This document shows, piece by piece, positions 19,022 through 29,939 of a DNA stretch of 64,000 nt. Under the pieces are notes generated by a model. That model saw only the letters and a list, made by a program, of their open reading frames with translations. It did not search any database and was not told the origin of the DNA. This stretch comes from Aulosira sp. ZfuVER01 (lineage in GTDB: Bacteria > Cyanobacteriota > Cyanobacteriia > Cyanobacteriales > Nostocaceae). How positions within the stretch are numbered: the stretch's first letter is position 1; each line of letters opens with the position of its first letter. Both the position numbers and the translations under genes were made by a program. The stretch covers positions 161,453-225,452 of the forward strand of contig JAVRCV020000025.1 of the NCBI GenBank assembly GCA_034530615.2, written 5' to 3'.

Positions 19022-20971
19022 TTAATAGTTTGTTTCTAACCAAGATTGGAACATCAACGCATTCCATAAACAGGATTTCCAACGCCGATCGCCTGCAAGA
19101 TATTCTGCCCACTTCTGCCTAATTAGTTGTGGATTTAAAAAACCTTCTTGCTGCAACCGATGTTCATCCAACAGACTTTCTGCCCAGTCTTGCAAAGAAC
19201 CATGCAACCAGCTATCAATCGGCACACCAAAGCCTTTTTTGGGGCGCTCAATCAATTCTTGCGGCACATACTTATACAAAATTTGACGTAATAGCCACTT
19301 ACTTTGACCGTTACGGATTTTCATCGACATCGGCATACGCCAAGCTAATTCCACCACCCGATGATCTAGCAACGGTACTCGAGCTTCCAAACTCACGCCC
19401 ATACTAGCCCTGTCTACTTTGACGAGGATATCATCTGGTAGGTAAGTCACCATGTCTAGATACATCATGCGTTGAGTGCAGTCTGGTATCTGTACCCAAG
19501 ATTGGCGATCGCTAAAAGCCGTCATAGGTTCTGAGCTACCGATCACCAAGGCTTCTGGTTGTTGCCAGTCAGAAGCCAAATATTTATGCAAGGCTTCAGG
19601 ATTGGCAGCTGCCAAAAAATTGGCGAGTAGGTGTACTTTAGTGCCAGGGGTGGGTTGTTTAAGTTTAGCTGGCAGTAAATCAGCAAAGTGACTCAAGCCT
19701 CGATCCCAAGTTTCGGGCGATAAGCTAGTCAATATATGGGCAGCAGTCTGTCGCAGTCTTGAGGGTATCCAGCCGATCTTCTGCCAAATCTGGGAGCCTT
19801 TAAAATAGTGAGAGTATCCAGCAAATAGTTCATCGCCTCCGTCGCCAGAAAGACTTACGGTTACATGCTGTCTAGTCAGCTGAGATAAGAGAAAAGTCGG
19901 AATGTGAGAAAGGTCGCAGAAGGGTTCATCGTAGATAATAGGCAGTTTGGGAATGACAGCAAGCGCGTCTTTTAGAGTCACATAAAGTTCTGTGTGATCT
20001 GTGCCCAAGTGCTGTGCTACAGCTTTGGCCTGCGGTGCTTCATTGTAACCATCCTCATAAAAACCAATAGTGAACGTTTTCACAGGTTGGCTACTTTGAG
20101 CCTGCATCAGAGCTATCACTGTAGAAGAGTCAATACCTCCCGAAAGAAAACCTCCTAGAGGAACATCGGCAACCATTCGCAGTCCTACTGCTTCCTGGAG
20201 TAACTCCTCTAGTTGTGCTACTGCTTCTACGTCAGAGCCAGTGAAGGGTTCAGCCGCGCCCGATTCTACAATTTTTTTAGCAGACCAATAAGCGACTGGT
20301 TTTGGATGAACATCTTTGCCATCCCAAGTTAAAGTTGTTCCTGGCGGTAATTTGTAAAGACCTTGGTAGATGGAATAGGGAGCAGGAATGTAATTGTAGC
20401 GGAAAAACAATCCCAAAGCATCGCGGTTGATTTCCCCCCGAAAATGAGGATGGGCTTTCAAAGCTTTTAACTCTGAACCGAACAAAAAAGTTTTACCGTT
20501 CCAACCGTAATAAAGGGGCTTTTCTCCCAAGCGATCGCGTCCCAAATGTAAAACTCGCTCTTTGCGGTCCCATAGGGCAAAAGCAAACATACCATTGAAG
20601 CGCTCAACAGCCCCATCCAGACCCCACTGGCTAAAGCTGGCTAGCATCACCTCAGTATCGGAATGACCTCGAAAATGGTACCCAACGTCTTTAAGTTGAT
20701 ACCGCAGTTCTAAAAAGTTGTAAATCTCACCATTGAATACAATCACATAGCGGCCATCGGTAGACACCATCGGTTGATGTCCTTCTGGTGAAAGATCCAC
20801 AATTGCCAATCGCCGATGACCGAAGGCAATACCAGCCTCAGCATCTACCCAAATGCCGCCATCATCCGGCCCTCGATGTACTAAGGTGTTTGACATGCGC
20901 TTGGCGATCGACTGTAGCTCTTCTAAACTGAATTGTTGAGATATATTCCAAAAACCGTTAATTCCACACAC
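19022..20971 (-). CDS. asnB: Glutamine-hydrolysing asparagine synthase family amidotransferase (polysaccharide amidation type)
   Basis: GTG start MCGI (Ntn Cys), HRGPD, FNGEIYN, LSGGIDSS, SGDGGDELFAGY, KVDRASM. Confidence 0.9.
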   Translation of the reverse strand: MCGINGFWNISQQFSLEELQSIAKRMSNTLVHRGPDDGGIWVDAEAGIAFGHRRLAIVDLSPEGHQPMVSTDGRYVIVFNGEIYNFLELRYQLKDVGYHFRGHSDTEVMLASFSQWGLDGAVERFNGMFAFALWDRKERVLHLGRDRLGEKPLYYGWNGKTFLFGSELKALKAHPHFRGEINRDALGLFFRYNYIPAPYSIYQGLYKLPPGTTLTWDGKDVHPKPVAYWSAKKIVESGAAEPFTGSDVEAVAQLEELLQEAVGLRMVADVPLGGFLSGGIDSSTVIALMQAQSSQPVKTFTIGFYEDGYNEAPQAKAVAQHLGTDHTELYVTLKDALAVIPKLPIIYDEPFCDLSHIPTFLLSQLTRQHVTVSLSGDGGDELFAGYSHYFKGSQIWQKIGWIPSRLRQTAAHILTSLSPETWDRGLSHFADLLPAKLKQPTPGTKVHLLANFLAAANPEALHKYLASDWQQPEALVIGSSEPMTAFSDRQSWVQIPDCTQRMMYLDMVTYLPDDILVKVDRASMGVSLEARVPLLDHRVVELAWRMPMSMKIRNGQSKWLLRQILYKYVPQELIERPKKGFGVPIDSWLHGSLQDWAESLLDEHRLQQEGFLNPQLIRQKWAEYLAGDRRWKSCLWNALMFQSWLETNY

Positions 20972-21036
20972 ACTTGGTTTACCTCTTTTGTAATTACAAC
21001 TACTTAAGTTTCTGTTAGCAAAGTTAGAAATATTGT

Positions 21037-22779
21037 TTATTTTGTAGGGTTTAAATTCAGTTTACTCATTTCTAATTGCATAGCATCTTCTACAAGAATT
21101 TGATTCATTTCACAAATGATTAAGGCACGCAATGCTAATCTATTGATATTTATGGGAAGAGATTTCGCTGGAAATAAGGTTTTAATATAACATTTGAGTT
21201 CCTCTGGCATCATCATTCTAATTTTGGACTTCCAGCTATTTTTGGCAGGTTTACTATTGGATACTTGCAGATTCTCGAAAATGTAGTCTATAAATTCAGA
21301 AGTTAAAATTTTTCTAGCAGAATCTGTCTTTAATTTCCTTGATAAGAAATTTACATATTCTTGAGTTGCTAATAAATCTTCTAACTTTTGCGTTGACATT
21401 TGTTGGGCAAATGGTATTCCTTTAGGGCTTAGGGAAATAATAATACTTTTAAACAGTTTTTTCTGTATGCGTAAATAACTAGGCATCTGTCTCACTTGTT
21501 CAATAATTTCCCTTGAAAGTAAAGGATTAATTATTTCAACATAAGAACACTTTAAATCAGTTAATGCTGCCAATATATAAGGAATACGAAATTCATGATA
21601 AAGTCGGTCTCGCCAATCCGCAAAAGACTCTCTATTTTTTCTGAGTAACCTTTCTGGGAAAATCTGCGATTCAAATCCAAATTTGGCAATGATATTGTAG
21701 TTATAGTAGTCTGATAATAAGTTATTATTCATAACTCTTCTTACATCTAAAGATGTAAAAGCTGACAATATAGGAAACCCAAACGCTTCATCTCCTCTAA
21801 TAATTCCTAATACTCCTTGTTCAAATAATTCTTTCCAGACTTTAAAGCCATCCATATAGCCTGAAATATGGTCTATTCTTCCTTCACCAGCAACCAAAAA
21901 TCTCTGGAAAATGTTTTCCCATGATTCAGATGATGAATCTAATTCAAAGTATTTATTTTCGACACCAATATGTGTTGCTAATTTATTAGCCACATAAGCA
22001 TCACTATTTGGCTCGGACAAAGAAGATTTCAAGCCCCATGTTACAGTTTTCAGTCCAGTTCGATTTTTTAACAGTAAAAGAATCGCTCTACTATCGAAAC
22101 CACCAGAAAGGGGTAAAATCCAATTTGAATAATCAAAGTCATATTTGGTAAATGTATTTTCCAAACTATTCAATAACTGCTTTTTATGTTGTTTTTTAGA
22201 TAAGTTTTGGCTTTGGAATACTACATCTTTCTTCTTTATTTCTAACTCCCACGATGAACGATTCAGTAAAACACTAGAATCTGCTTCTACAGACTTTATC
22301 CTCGTATCCCAAGACAAACCAAAACCAAGTGAACCAGAAGACAACATCCACGAAACTGTAGTTTTGTTTGGTTGAAAACTCTTGAGGAAAAATACAATAG
22401 CGCGTTGTGATGTAGAAGCAATAAATTCTTGCTCAGTTTTCACATACCAAATTGTTCGGGAAGCCAATACATCAGTTACTAATTCAACAAAATTATCATC
22501 GCTACGAAATAATGCAAATGAGCCATCTGCAATACATGTTTTTGGCTGCCACCAATGCTCTTGTTCTGTAATAATTTGCCCTAAATAAACACTGGTATTA
22601 TAAGTACCTACAGTTTTATTTGGATTAAATATGCCGATCAAAACTCCATCTTGGCAGATTGTTTTAGGTGGATTTGGTGAAAAGTTATCTGGCATCAGTC
22701 TGTTAGATAACCTTTCAATATCTGCCTGAGTATATTTATTTTTTTTATCTCTTCGGCATACTAGTACGACTTTTGACAT
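21037..22779 (-). CDS. Divergent asparagine-synthase-related ATP-dependent amide ligase without the Ntn Cys
   Basis: LPLSGGFDSR PP-loop, RGDEAFG, DGSFA; N-terminus is MSKV rather than MCG. Confidence 0.7.
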   Translation of the reverse strand: MSKVVLVCRRDKKNKYTQADIERLSNRLMPDNFSPNPPKTICQDGVLIGIFNPNKTVGTYNTSVYLGQIITEQEHWWQPKTCIADGSFALFRSDDNFVELVTDVLASRTIWYVKTEQEFIASTSQRAIVFFLKSFQPNKTTVSWMLSSGSLGFGLSWDTRIKSVEADSSVLLNRSSWELEIKKKDVVFQSQNLSKKQHKKQLLNSLENTFTKYDFDYSNWILPLSGGFDSRAILLLLKNRTGLKTVTWGLKSSLSEPNSDAYVANKLATHIGVENKYFELDSSSESWENIFQRFLVAGEGRIDHISGYMDGFKVWKELFEQGVLGIIRGDEAFGFPILSAFTSLDVRRVMNNNLLSDYYNYNIIAKFGFESQIFPERLLRKNRESFADWRDRLYHEFRIPYILAALTDLKCSYVEIINPLLSREIIEQVRQMPSYLRIQKKLFKSIIISLSPKGIPFAQQMSTQKLEDLLATQEYVNFLSRKLKTDSARKILTSEFIDYIFENLQVSNSKPAKNSWKSKIRMMMPEELKCYIKTLFPAKSLPININRLALRALIICEMNQILVEDAMQLEMSKLNLNPTK

Positions 22780-22958
22780 TTTACACTTCCTTATAGTAAT
22801 AGTATTTGATGTGAGTTTTACGTTTAATTCTGTTCTTCAACAAAATGTATAACTTGAAAATCTTTTTTACATCCCTGACTTGAAAGTGCTGAGTTAACAG
22901 TAATTAATCATCCTCCTTGTCCTTGTTACTTTTTTCATTGGCAATACGTTTTTGTTGC

Positions 22959-24101
22959 CTAAGCCGTTTCATACAATGCCTCATACTTAGCGGTAATAGA
23001 GTCTAAAGCACAGTATTCAATTGCTCTTTCTCGTGCCGCTTTTCCTAAAATTGCTCTGCCTTCTACACCTAAAGTAATTAACTCTTTCCAAGCATCAGCA
23101 AGTGCCTGTGGATTTTTCGGAGGCACAACTCTACCCGTTTTGTCTATAACCCAGCCTGAGTCTCCCACGTCTGTTACTGTACAAGGCACCCCGGCAGCCA
23201 TCGCCTCTGCAACTATTAAAGGAAATGCCTCACCATAGGCGGATGCAGAAGCAGCAATATCGAGTGCAGCAGTCAGCTGAGCAATATCTTTACGTTCCCC
23301 CAACAAATGAATGCGATTAGCAATCCCTAGCTTTTGAATTAACTCAGACAATTCCTGATTTGTTTGTTCAACATCTGTTCCAACTAAAACAAAATGAACA
23401 TCTGGATAATCTTTTAACAAAATTGCAGCAGCTTGCAAAAAATTCGCATGATCCTTCATTGGATGATAACGACAAATTAAGCCAATCAAAAAAGCGTTAT
23501 CAGTTAAACCTAACTCTTGACGAACAGCTAATCTGGCTTCAACTGATGGCATAAATAGCGAAGTATCAGCTGCATTTGGAATCACATAGCCTTTATCAAC
23601 ACAATATCCCAAACCTTCGTGCTGTGATCTACCAATCCTAGATACATAAATAATTTTGCTAGAAAATTTTGAGAGTGCGGCACCTAACTTAATAACATTC
23701 GCCGTCATGCTTTTTTCATAAGCCAGAGAGTATACTGAGTGCTGAATATTCCAAAAAACAGGGATTTTTTTGGAATAAAAAATACTTGCTATCTGGGCTG
23801 CTAAATTGCCGTGATACATCCAACCTTGAATTAAATCAGGTTTAAGAGTGTTTATTGTACTAATTAACCGCAAAACCACAGCTGGTGTTGCTAGCATTCC
23901 AGCTTTTATATTCAGTGTATAAATAGGTATATTTAATGCAGCAACAAGCTCACCAACTGTACCACAATCCATAAGAGAGATAACAGCTACAGAAAACCGA
24001 TTTCTATCTATTCGAGACAGTAATCGATAAAGCATCATTTGAGCGCCGCCAGTAGAAAGGTTAGTAGTAACATAAACAATTTTCATGACTTTATACACCA
24101 A
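22959..24101 (-). CDS. Glycosyltransferase family 4
   Basis: GGAQMML, QGWMYH, RYHPMKDH, EAFPLIVAEAMA. Confidence 0.9.
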   Translation of the reverse strand: MVYKVMKIVYVTTNLSTGGAQMMLYRLLSRIDRNRFSVAVISLMDCGTVGELVAALNIPIYTLNIKAGMLATPAVVLRLISTINTLKPDLIQGWMYHGNLAAQIASIFYSKKIPVFWNIQHSVYSLAYEKSMTANVIKLGAALSKFSSKIIYVSRIGRSQHEGLGYCVDKGYVIPNAADTSLFMPSVEARLAVRQELGLTDNAFLIGLICRYHPMKDHANFLQAAAILLKDYPDVHFVLVGTDVEQTNQELSELIQKLGIANRIHLLGERKDIAQLTAALDIAASASAYGEAFPLIVAEAMAAGVPCTVTDVGDSGWVIDKTGRVVPPKNPQALADAWKELITLGVEGRAILGKAARERAIEYCALDSITAKYEALYETA

Positions 24102-24126
24102 TTATTTACTATTAATGTTTTGTTTT

Positions 24127-25353
24127 TTAAATTAATTTCTGTTGTTCTAACTGGCTTCTCCAATTCATAGAAGCCATTAAAGAAAACATCAATAAAATAT
24201 TGCGCTCTTCAAACACATTATGGCTAAACAATCCCCACATTAAAATAAAAACCGCGAAAATCGAACCAATATCTTTTACCTCACCCCGTGCATTTACAGT
24301 GGTTAAAAAAACTAGTAATGGTAAAAGCGTAATTCCTAAAAATCCATGTTCAACTATTAACATTAAATACATATTATGAGGTCGAATCTGACCCCAAATT
24401 TCGGTATAGCCAATGCCATGGCCTAAAATTGGGCTTTCGACGAATTTGCTCCAAGCAAAAGGAATTATATCTAATCTGGAAGTATCATCATTAACAGGTT
24501 GTAACGAAGGATTCAACAAAAATTGTAGTCTTGCCAGCGCATTATCATCTAAGTTCAAGTTAGAGCTTAGCTGATTCACCAGCAAACTTGATGAAATACC
24601 AAAAGCAATAACAATGCCCAACAAAAATAAAATTGTATACAGTGATTGACGGCGAGGAATTATCTGTCTATGTATAAAAAATACAGTTATCATTAGCCAG
24701 CCAATCAGTCCTCCTCTGGAGAAAGTTAGAAAGACTCCTAGACCACATACGGCGAGAAAAATTAATCGAAATTGAAGTGGCAAAATACCAATACTGAAAA
24801 TTAGACCAAGGATCACAGCACAAGCTGCCGTATTGGGATTTCCATAAAATCCTGCTGGTCGACCTGATTCATTTAAGCCACCAAACATTGAAGGATCTAT
24901 TAATTCATTGAAAATGTTAATAATACTAATAATTGTGACAATAAAGATTGCCCGCCTCACCCAAATTTCAATATTTTTATTTGGAGAAGATATCAGAAAT
25001 AAATTTATTACCAAAAAAGCCGTTGAGAGAAATCTATTTCTGAATATCTGAACAATAACTTCAGACTGAGCCGATAACAAAAAAGAAAATGCCGAAAATC
25101 CTAAATATAGTGCACACCAAGCAATTAAGTTTATAGGTAAATATTTACATCTAGCAGAAAATGCAATAATTAAGGGAATTGTTGCTATTCCAAAAACGAT
25201 GACCCATGTAGTAGGGGCAGGACCAATGCCAATATCAAATAAATATGTAGCTAAATTTGTGCCGAAAGCCAAGGTAGAGGCTACAGCTAGAGCCAACTGA
25301 TAAGACAACAGCCAATCTATTTTTTGATTTTTTTTATTTACAGCTTGATTCAT
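24127..25353 (-). CDS. Wzy polymerase / O-antigen ligase family membrane protein
   Basis: Many TM segments, RPAGFYGNPN, TFSRGG, PILGHGIG, PHNMYL. Confidence 0.85.
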   Translation of the reverse strand: MNQAVNKKNQKIDWLLSYQLALAVASTLAFGTNLATYLFDIGIGPAPTTWVIVFGIATIPLIIAFSARCKYLPINLIAWCALYLGFSAFSFLLSAQSEVIVQIFRNRFLSTAFLVINLFLISSPNKNIEIWVRRAIFIVTIISIINIFNELIDPSMFGGLNESGRPAGFYGNPNTAACAVILGLIFSIGILPLQFRLIFLAVCGLGVFLTFSRGGLIGWLMITVFFIHRQIIPRRQSLYTILFLLGIVIAFGISSSLLVNQLSSNLNLDDNALARLQFLLNPSLQPVNDDTSRLDIIPFAWSKFVESPILGHGIGYTEIWGQIRPHNMYLMLIVEHGFLGITLLPLLVFLTTVNARGEVKDIGSIFAVFILMWGLFSHNVFEERNILLMFSLMASMNWRSQLEQQKLI

Positions 25354-26488
25354 GAGATAAACGCAAAAAAACTGCTTCTGTTTTAAGAACTAATTGAAAT
25401 ACAGAGAAATTCTCCGTTATTTGTTGGCGAATTTTTTCTTTAGAGTAATTATTTGTGCCTAAATTTTCGATCAAGCTATGGATGCACTTTTTCAAGGCTT
25501 CTGGATCTCTGGGAGCAACTATGAGGCTGCTATCACCAACAATCCAAGCTGAATCACCCACATCCGTAACTACGCAAGGAACGCCACAGGACATGGCTTC
25601 TCCGATTACATTAGGAAATCCTTCAGTATAAGAAGACGAAACAGATATATCTAGAGCATTATGTACAGCAGGCATATCTGCACGTGCTCCGGCCCAAATC
25701 ACTCTCTCAGAAATACCTAACTCTTCGGTCAGCTGATATAATTCCTGCTGATATAACTCCTGTGCCTGGTTTTTTGTTCCACCCACACAGACGAAACGCA
25801 AATCCTGAATCTCCTGGCATAGTAAAGCAGCTGCTCTCAGAAATGTAGGATGGTCTTTCCTTGGATCTAGTCGCCCCACCAAACCGATCAAAATTGTGTT
25901 TTCTGGAATTCCCCATTCTAATCGTACTTTTGCCCTACTTTCTGGGTCAGGTTTAAAACATTCAGTATCAATACCATTGGGAATAACCATAATTTTATTG
26001 GCAGGAACTCCATGATCTAGGTAATAGTCTTTACCTGCATGAGAATTGAATACGATCAGGTCAGACCAGGGAGCTAAAATGTACTCTAACTGAGAAAGAA
26101 AACGCCCTAACCAACCATAAAGATTAGAGCTAGCATCGCCAGATTCGCGTACTCCCCAAATCATGCGAGTTGATGGAAAAAAGGGTTTTAAGAAAATAGT
26201 TAGTAAATTCGATTCGCCAAGATATCCATGCAAAACATCAGGCTGTATGTGTTTAAGATGCTGGACAAGGCGCGAAAAAAAGCCGAACACATCCCAACGT
26301 TGCCGTTTTTCCAAACATATCAATTTAATCTCATTGTCTTTTAAGTCTTTCTCTAAAGCTCCACCAGAGTAAAAGTATAAAACTGTTACATCGAAATTTT
26401 GCTGATTAATCCCTTTTACTAAGGTCAATAATTGCTTTTGAGCACCACCAAAGTTGAGATCGCGAATCAGAAAAGCAATTTTTAACAT
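25334..26488 (-). CDS. Glycosyltransferase family 4
   Basis: GGAQKQL, GRLDPRKDH, EGFPNVIGEAMSCG. Confidence 0.9.
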   Translation of the reverse strand: MLKIAFLIRDLNFGGAQKQLLTLVKGINQQNFDVTVLYFYSGGALEKDLKDNEIKLICLEKRQRWDVFGFFSRLVQHLKHIQPDVLHGYLGESNLLTIFLKPFFPSTRMIWGVRESGDASSNLYGWLGRFLSQLEYILAPWSDLIVFNSHAGKDYYLDHGVPANKIMVIPNGIDTECFKPDPESRAKVRLEWGIPENTILIGLVGRLDPRKDHPTFLRAAALLCQEIQDLRFVCVGGTKNQAQELYQQELYQLTEELGISERVIWAGARADMPAVHNALDISVSSSYTEGFPNVIGEAMSCGVPCVVTDVGDSAWIVGDSSLIVAPRDPEALKKCIHSLIENLGTNNYSKEKIRQQITENFSVFQLVLKTEAVFLRLSHESSCK

Positions 26489-26510
26489 AATTTATTCCTA
26501 ATAAAAAATA

Positions 26511-27623
26511 TTAAATAGTAATCGTTTTTTTAATTGCTACTTCTTCAAGTAACGTTTCCCACATACCCATGATTTTTTCTAAACTAAAGCGTTCAATGAT
26601 TTCTGGTGCACGAGCAGCTAAAGATTTTCTCTGTGACTCATCAGACATGAGTTTGTCCATTGCTTGAGCTAATGCTGATACGTCTTCATTCGGCACTAAA
26701 ATACCATCGATACCATTGCGGATAATCTCTTGAGGCCCACTAGGACAATCCGTAGAGATGACTGGTAGACCACAAGCCATTGCTTCAGCAAGAGCATTGG
26801 GAAAACCCTCAAACCGAGAAGACATGATAAAAAGTTCAGCTTGCTTTAAAAAACCATAGACATTTTTTACTGGCCCAAGAAAATGGACGCGATCGCCTAG
26901 TTCTAACTGATTACGTAAAGCTTCTAGCTCTGGAAGTAGGCTTCCTTCTCCTAAAATAGTTAATTTCCATTCTGGATAAATATCTTTCAATTTTGCAAAA
27001 GCTTGTAGCAAAAGATCGAAGCCTTTTTGTTGATGCAAGCGTCCTACAGCAATGAGCGATCGCGGATCTAACAACTTGTCTGATGATGCTTGTGCTTTTG
27101 GTGGCGCTAAGACTGGATTAGGAATAATACAGACACGGCTTTGCAGCTGAGATGGAAAAAAATTCTTTATCCTCTGAGTTTGCACAACTATTCGCTCTGC
27201 AAATGGGTAAGTCAATTGGCGTAATTGTTGCCACCCCATACCTATAGAATGTCTTAGAGGATAATTACGTTCTGATACTATTACTGGAATGCCTAACAAT
27301 CGCGTTGCCAGTAAAGTAATTATATTTGTTTGAGTCATGAAGCTAATCACGGTATGAGGTTTGTTTTGAGAAATTGCACTTCTTAGTGTTAAAATTCTCT
27401 GCAAATTACTCCAAATACCAATGAGCGCATTGGGAGATTTTTTATATAGATTTAAAGGAATGTAAGAAACACGGGAATCTAGATAGAAATCGGGTATTTT
27501 AGTATCATCTAGGGTTAATACAGTAATTTCCCATCCCTGCGCAGCCCAATAATTCGCCATGATTGACATAACCCGTTCTGCACCACCAAAAGTAAGGGAA
27601 GAGATGACAAAAGTTACACGCAT
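26511..27623 (-). CDS. Glycosyltransferase family 4 (PglH/AmsD-like)
   Basis: GGAERV, GRLHQQKGFD, SRFEGFPNALAEAMACG. Confidence 0.9.
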   Translation of the reverse strand: MRVTFVISSLTFGGAERVMSIMANYWAAQGWEITVLTLDDTKIPDFYLDSRVSYIPLNLYKKSPNALIGIWSNLQRILTLRSAISQNKPHTVISFMTQTNIITLLATRLLGIPVIVSERNYPLRHSIGMGWQQLRQLTYPFAERIVVQTQRIKNFFPSQLQSRVCIIPNPVLAPPKAQASSDKLLDPRSLIAVGRLHQQKGFDLLLQAFAKLKDIYPEWKLTILGEGSLLPELEALRNQLELGDRVHFLGPVKNVYGFLKQAELFIMSSRFEGFPNALAEAMACGLPVISTDCPSGPQEIIRNGIDGILVPNEDVSALAQAMDKLMSDESQRKSLAARAPEIIERFSLEKIMGMWETLLEEVAIKKTITI

Positions 27624-27750
27624 TACTTTTTCCTAGCTGTTAACACAATGTAAGCTGATAGAAGTTTGGCTGTTTTCAAAGGAGTTAAATCTTTTTCAAC
27701 TGCACAAACTGTCTGAGATTCACTGTATGTTTTACCTGCTTGATGATTAT

Positions 27751-29118
27751 TCATGGGCTGTATTTCCTCGATAAAAGGCACCAATTATAAAATAAGTAGG
27801 AAAAAGATATTGCATATACACAACTAGTAGATAGTGCAATACCTGTAATTCCCATCTTTTGCATAAAAATATAATTCAAGCTAATATTAGCTATTAAATT
27901 AATTGCCGATCCATACATTAATATATGATTAGCTTTGACAGCAGATATAAGTCTGACAACCAAGATCCCAGCAACATAAAAAGGTATCTGTAAAGCGAAA
28001 CAGGATTGAATTTGAGCTACTAAATGAGTATCGTTAGCTGTAAAAGAACCTCTTTGGAAGAGTATCCTAACGATCAACTCAGAAAAGGCAAACAAAAATC
28101 CCCCCAGTACCACAGTGACAACAAAAATGATCCGCAGATAGTGGTTTAGCGTCCGACGTATCCCAGCCCAATCGTCAGAGGCAACCATCTTGGAAAAATA
28201 GGGAATCACAGCAGTACTTAATGCTGTTGTGGATAGACTAATTGGCAATGCAATCACCTTGTTACCATAGTTTAGTGCTGCCACACTCCCAGAAGGCAAC
28301 ATTGCTGCCATTGCTTGATCCACGAGACTAGTACTACTCATCAACAATGCTCCGGCGATCATTGGTAGATACTGCTTAGTTACCTGACGCAGATGAGAGT
28401 CAAAACCATACCACCTTGGTAGCAATGAAATACCTTGTCGATGTAGTGCTATTCCCAAAAAAGTTAATTCCAGTGCTGCACCGCAAATTAGCCCTGCTAC
28501 TAACGCATAGATGCCCCAAGACTTAACAACTATCAATAGTAGTAAGATGGTCACAATTGGAGTAATAATTGGCGACACAGCTGCTATAGCAAAACGCTCT
28601 CCTGCATTCAAAACAGCACTCCAGATGACAACAAATCCAGTCAGCATCACCAGAGGTGCGATCGCACACAGAAGATGAAAAGTCAGATCTAATTTTTCTG
28701 GACTGAACCCCCTAGCCATCAGTGGTAGATACCAAGGTGCACTAGCTACAGTCAGTATGGTTGTGATTCCTAGCAGTCCCAAGCTCCAAACAGTAGTTCC
28801 GGAGAACAGCTTTTGAGCAGCTTTCTTACCTTCTCGCTCTCGCACCTGAATATAGGTAGGTATGAGGGCAGCATTAAAAGAACCAGCCACCACACTGATG
28901 ATAGAAGAAGGAATCAGAAAGGCAATGAAAAACGCATCTAGATCGTCTCCAGTGCCAAATTTCTGGGCAACTACTAATTCTTTAGCAACAGCCACTATTT
29001 TCACTAATATTGTGAATAAACCAACTGTTACCGCAGCACGAAAAATTTGGCGATTAACAGAGCCGATTGTCAGCCTTTTCCAATAATTCACTAATTTTTG
29101 TGATTGCCAAATCTTCAT
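27751..29118 (-). CDS. MurJ/MviN-like MOP flippase (probable repeat-unit flippase)
   Basis: KELVVAQKFGTGDDLDAF, LVDQAMAAML, LNYGNK, LFQRGSFTANDT; about 12 TM segments. Confidence 0.85.
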   Translation of the reverse strand: MKIWQSQKLVNYWKRLTIGSVNRQIFRAAVTVGLFTILVKIVAVAKELVVAQKFGTGDDLDAFFIAFLIPSSIISVVAGSFNAALIPTYIQVREREGKKAAQKLFSGTTVWSLGLLGITTILTVASAPWYLPLMARGFSPEKLDLTFHLLCAIAPLVMLTGFVVIWSAVLNAGERFAIAAVSPIITPIVTILLLLIVVKSWGIYALVAGLICGAALELTFLGIALHRQGISLLPRWYGFDSHLRQVTKQYLPMIAGALLMSSTSLVDQAMAAMLPSGSVAALNYGNKVIALPISLSTTALSTAVIPYFSKMVASDDWAGIRRTLNHYLRIIFVVTVVLGGFLFAFSELIVRILFQRGSFTANDTHLVAQIQSCFALQIPFYVAGILVVRLISAVKANHILMYGSAINLIANISLNYIFMQKMGITGIALSTSCVYAISFSYLFYNWCLLSRKYSP

Positions 29119-29141
29119 ACTGCTTCCTTGGAAGTTAATTT

Positions 29142-29894
29142 CTACTTTCTTCTTAAGATTTTTATTAAAGATAAATATAGTTGTCCCTTCAGAGTTATAG
29201 GGCGAGCACAGTTATATCTTTTAACAACTTCTCCTCCGAACTTCTCTTTAAACTTATTAATTCCTAATTTTTGATTATCTGTATTTCCTGTATACCAACC
29301 TCCAAAATCATACTTAGAAATTCCTGCATTTTTGAATCGCAGAATATCTTGCCAGTGATGATAAAGATTTGCTCGTCCTAACATTGACTGATAAGAAGTA
29401 TCGCTATCATTTTTAAGTGATGCTGAATGCAGAAGATAAGCGCATTCTTTATTACGATAATAAGTATGCCAAATTAGAGGATTACCATCGTTTGACTTGA
29501 TCTGCGAAATGTCAATCAACCCAGAATCTGCACGACTTTTGAGTATAGTTCTATTAATCTTTTTTAGACCTTTTTGCACGGCAAATACATCATAAAAATC
29601 TGCAAATTCGTTGAGAATATTAGATTCGGGATTTTCCCAATATTCATAAATAACTCGATCTCTTTCACCTGCTCGCTTAATCTTATACTTGTCATTTTTA
29701 CCAATATTGAGCCAGATTTCATCTTGAGTTTTTTGCAGATCTATCAATCTTGTATGGCATTCTTCATAGGTAACGTTATTAATTGGATAAGTCCGTTGTT
29801 TGTATAAGAGTACATCTACATTTCCCATCTCTTGGGTTTCTGCGTCAAACCAGACTTCTCCCATTAACAATAGTTTGTTTTTGAAAATATACAT
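29142..29894 (-). CDS. GNAT / FemAB-like acyltransferase
   Basis: KYKIKRA, ANLYHHW, YDFGG...GINKFKEKFGG C-terminal Fem-like signature. Confidence 0.65.
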   Translation of the reverse strand: MYIFKNKLLLMGEVWFDAETQEMGNVDVLLYKQRTYPINNVTYEECHTRLIDLQKTQDEIWLNIGKNDKYKIKRAGERDRVIYEYWENPESNILNEFADFYDVFAVQKGLKKINRTILKSRADSGLIDISQIKSNDGNPLIWHTYYRNKECAYLLHSASLKNDSDTSYQSMLGRANLYHHWQDILRFKNAGISKYDFGGWYTGNTDNQKLGINKFKEKFGGEVVKRYNCARPITLKGQLYLSLIKILRRK

Positions 29895-29939
29895 ATTGTT
29901 TATCTCATTTGTTGGAACATAATTAAACTGTATTTATGT

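Noticed and set aside
21037..22779. Lasso peptide cyclase
   Set aside because: No precursor peptide, B1/B2 or PqqD-like gene nearby; the context is glycosyltransferases.
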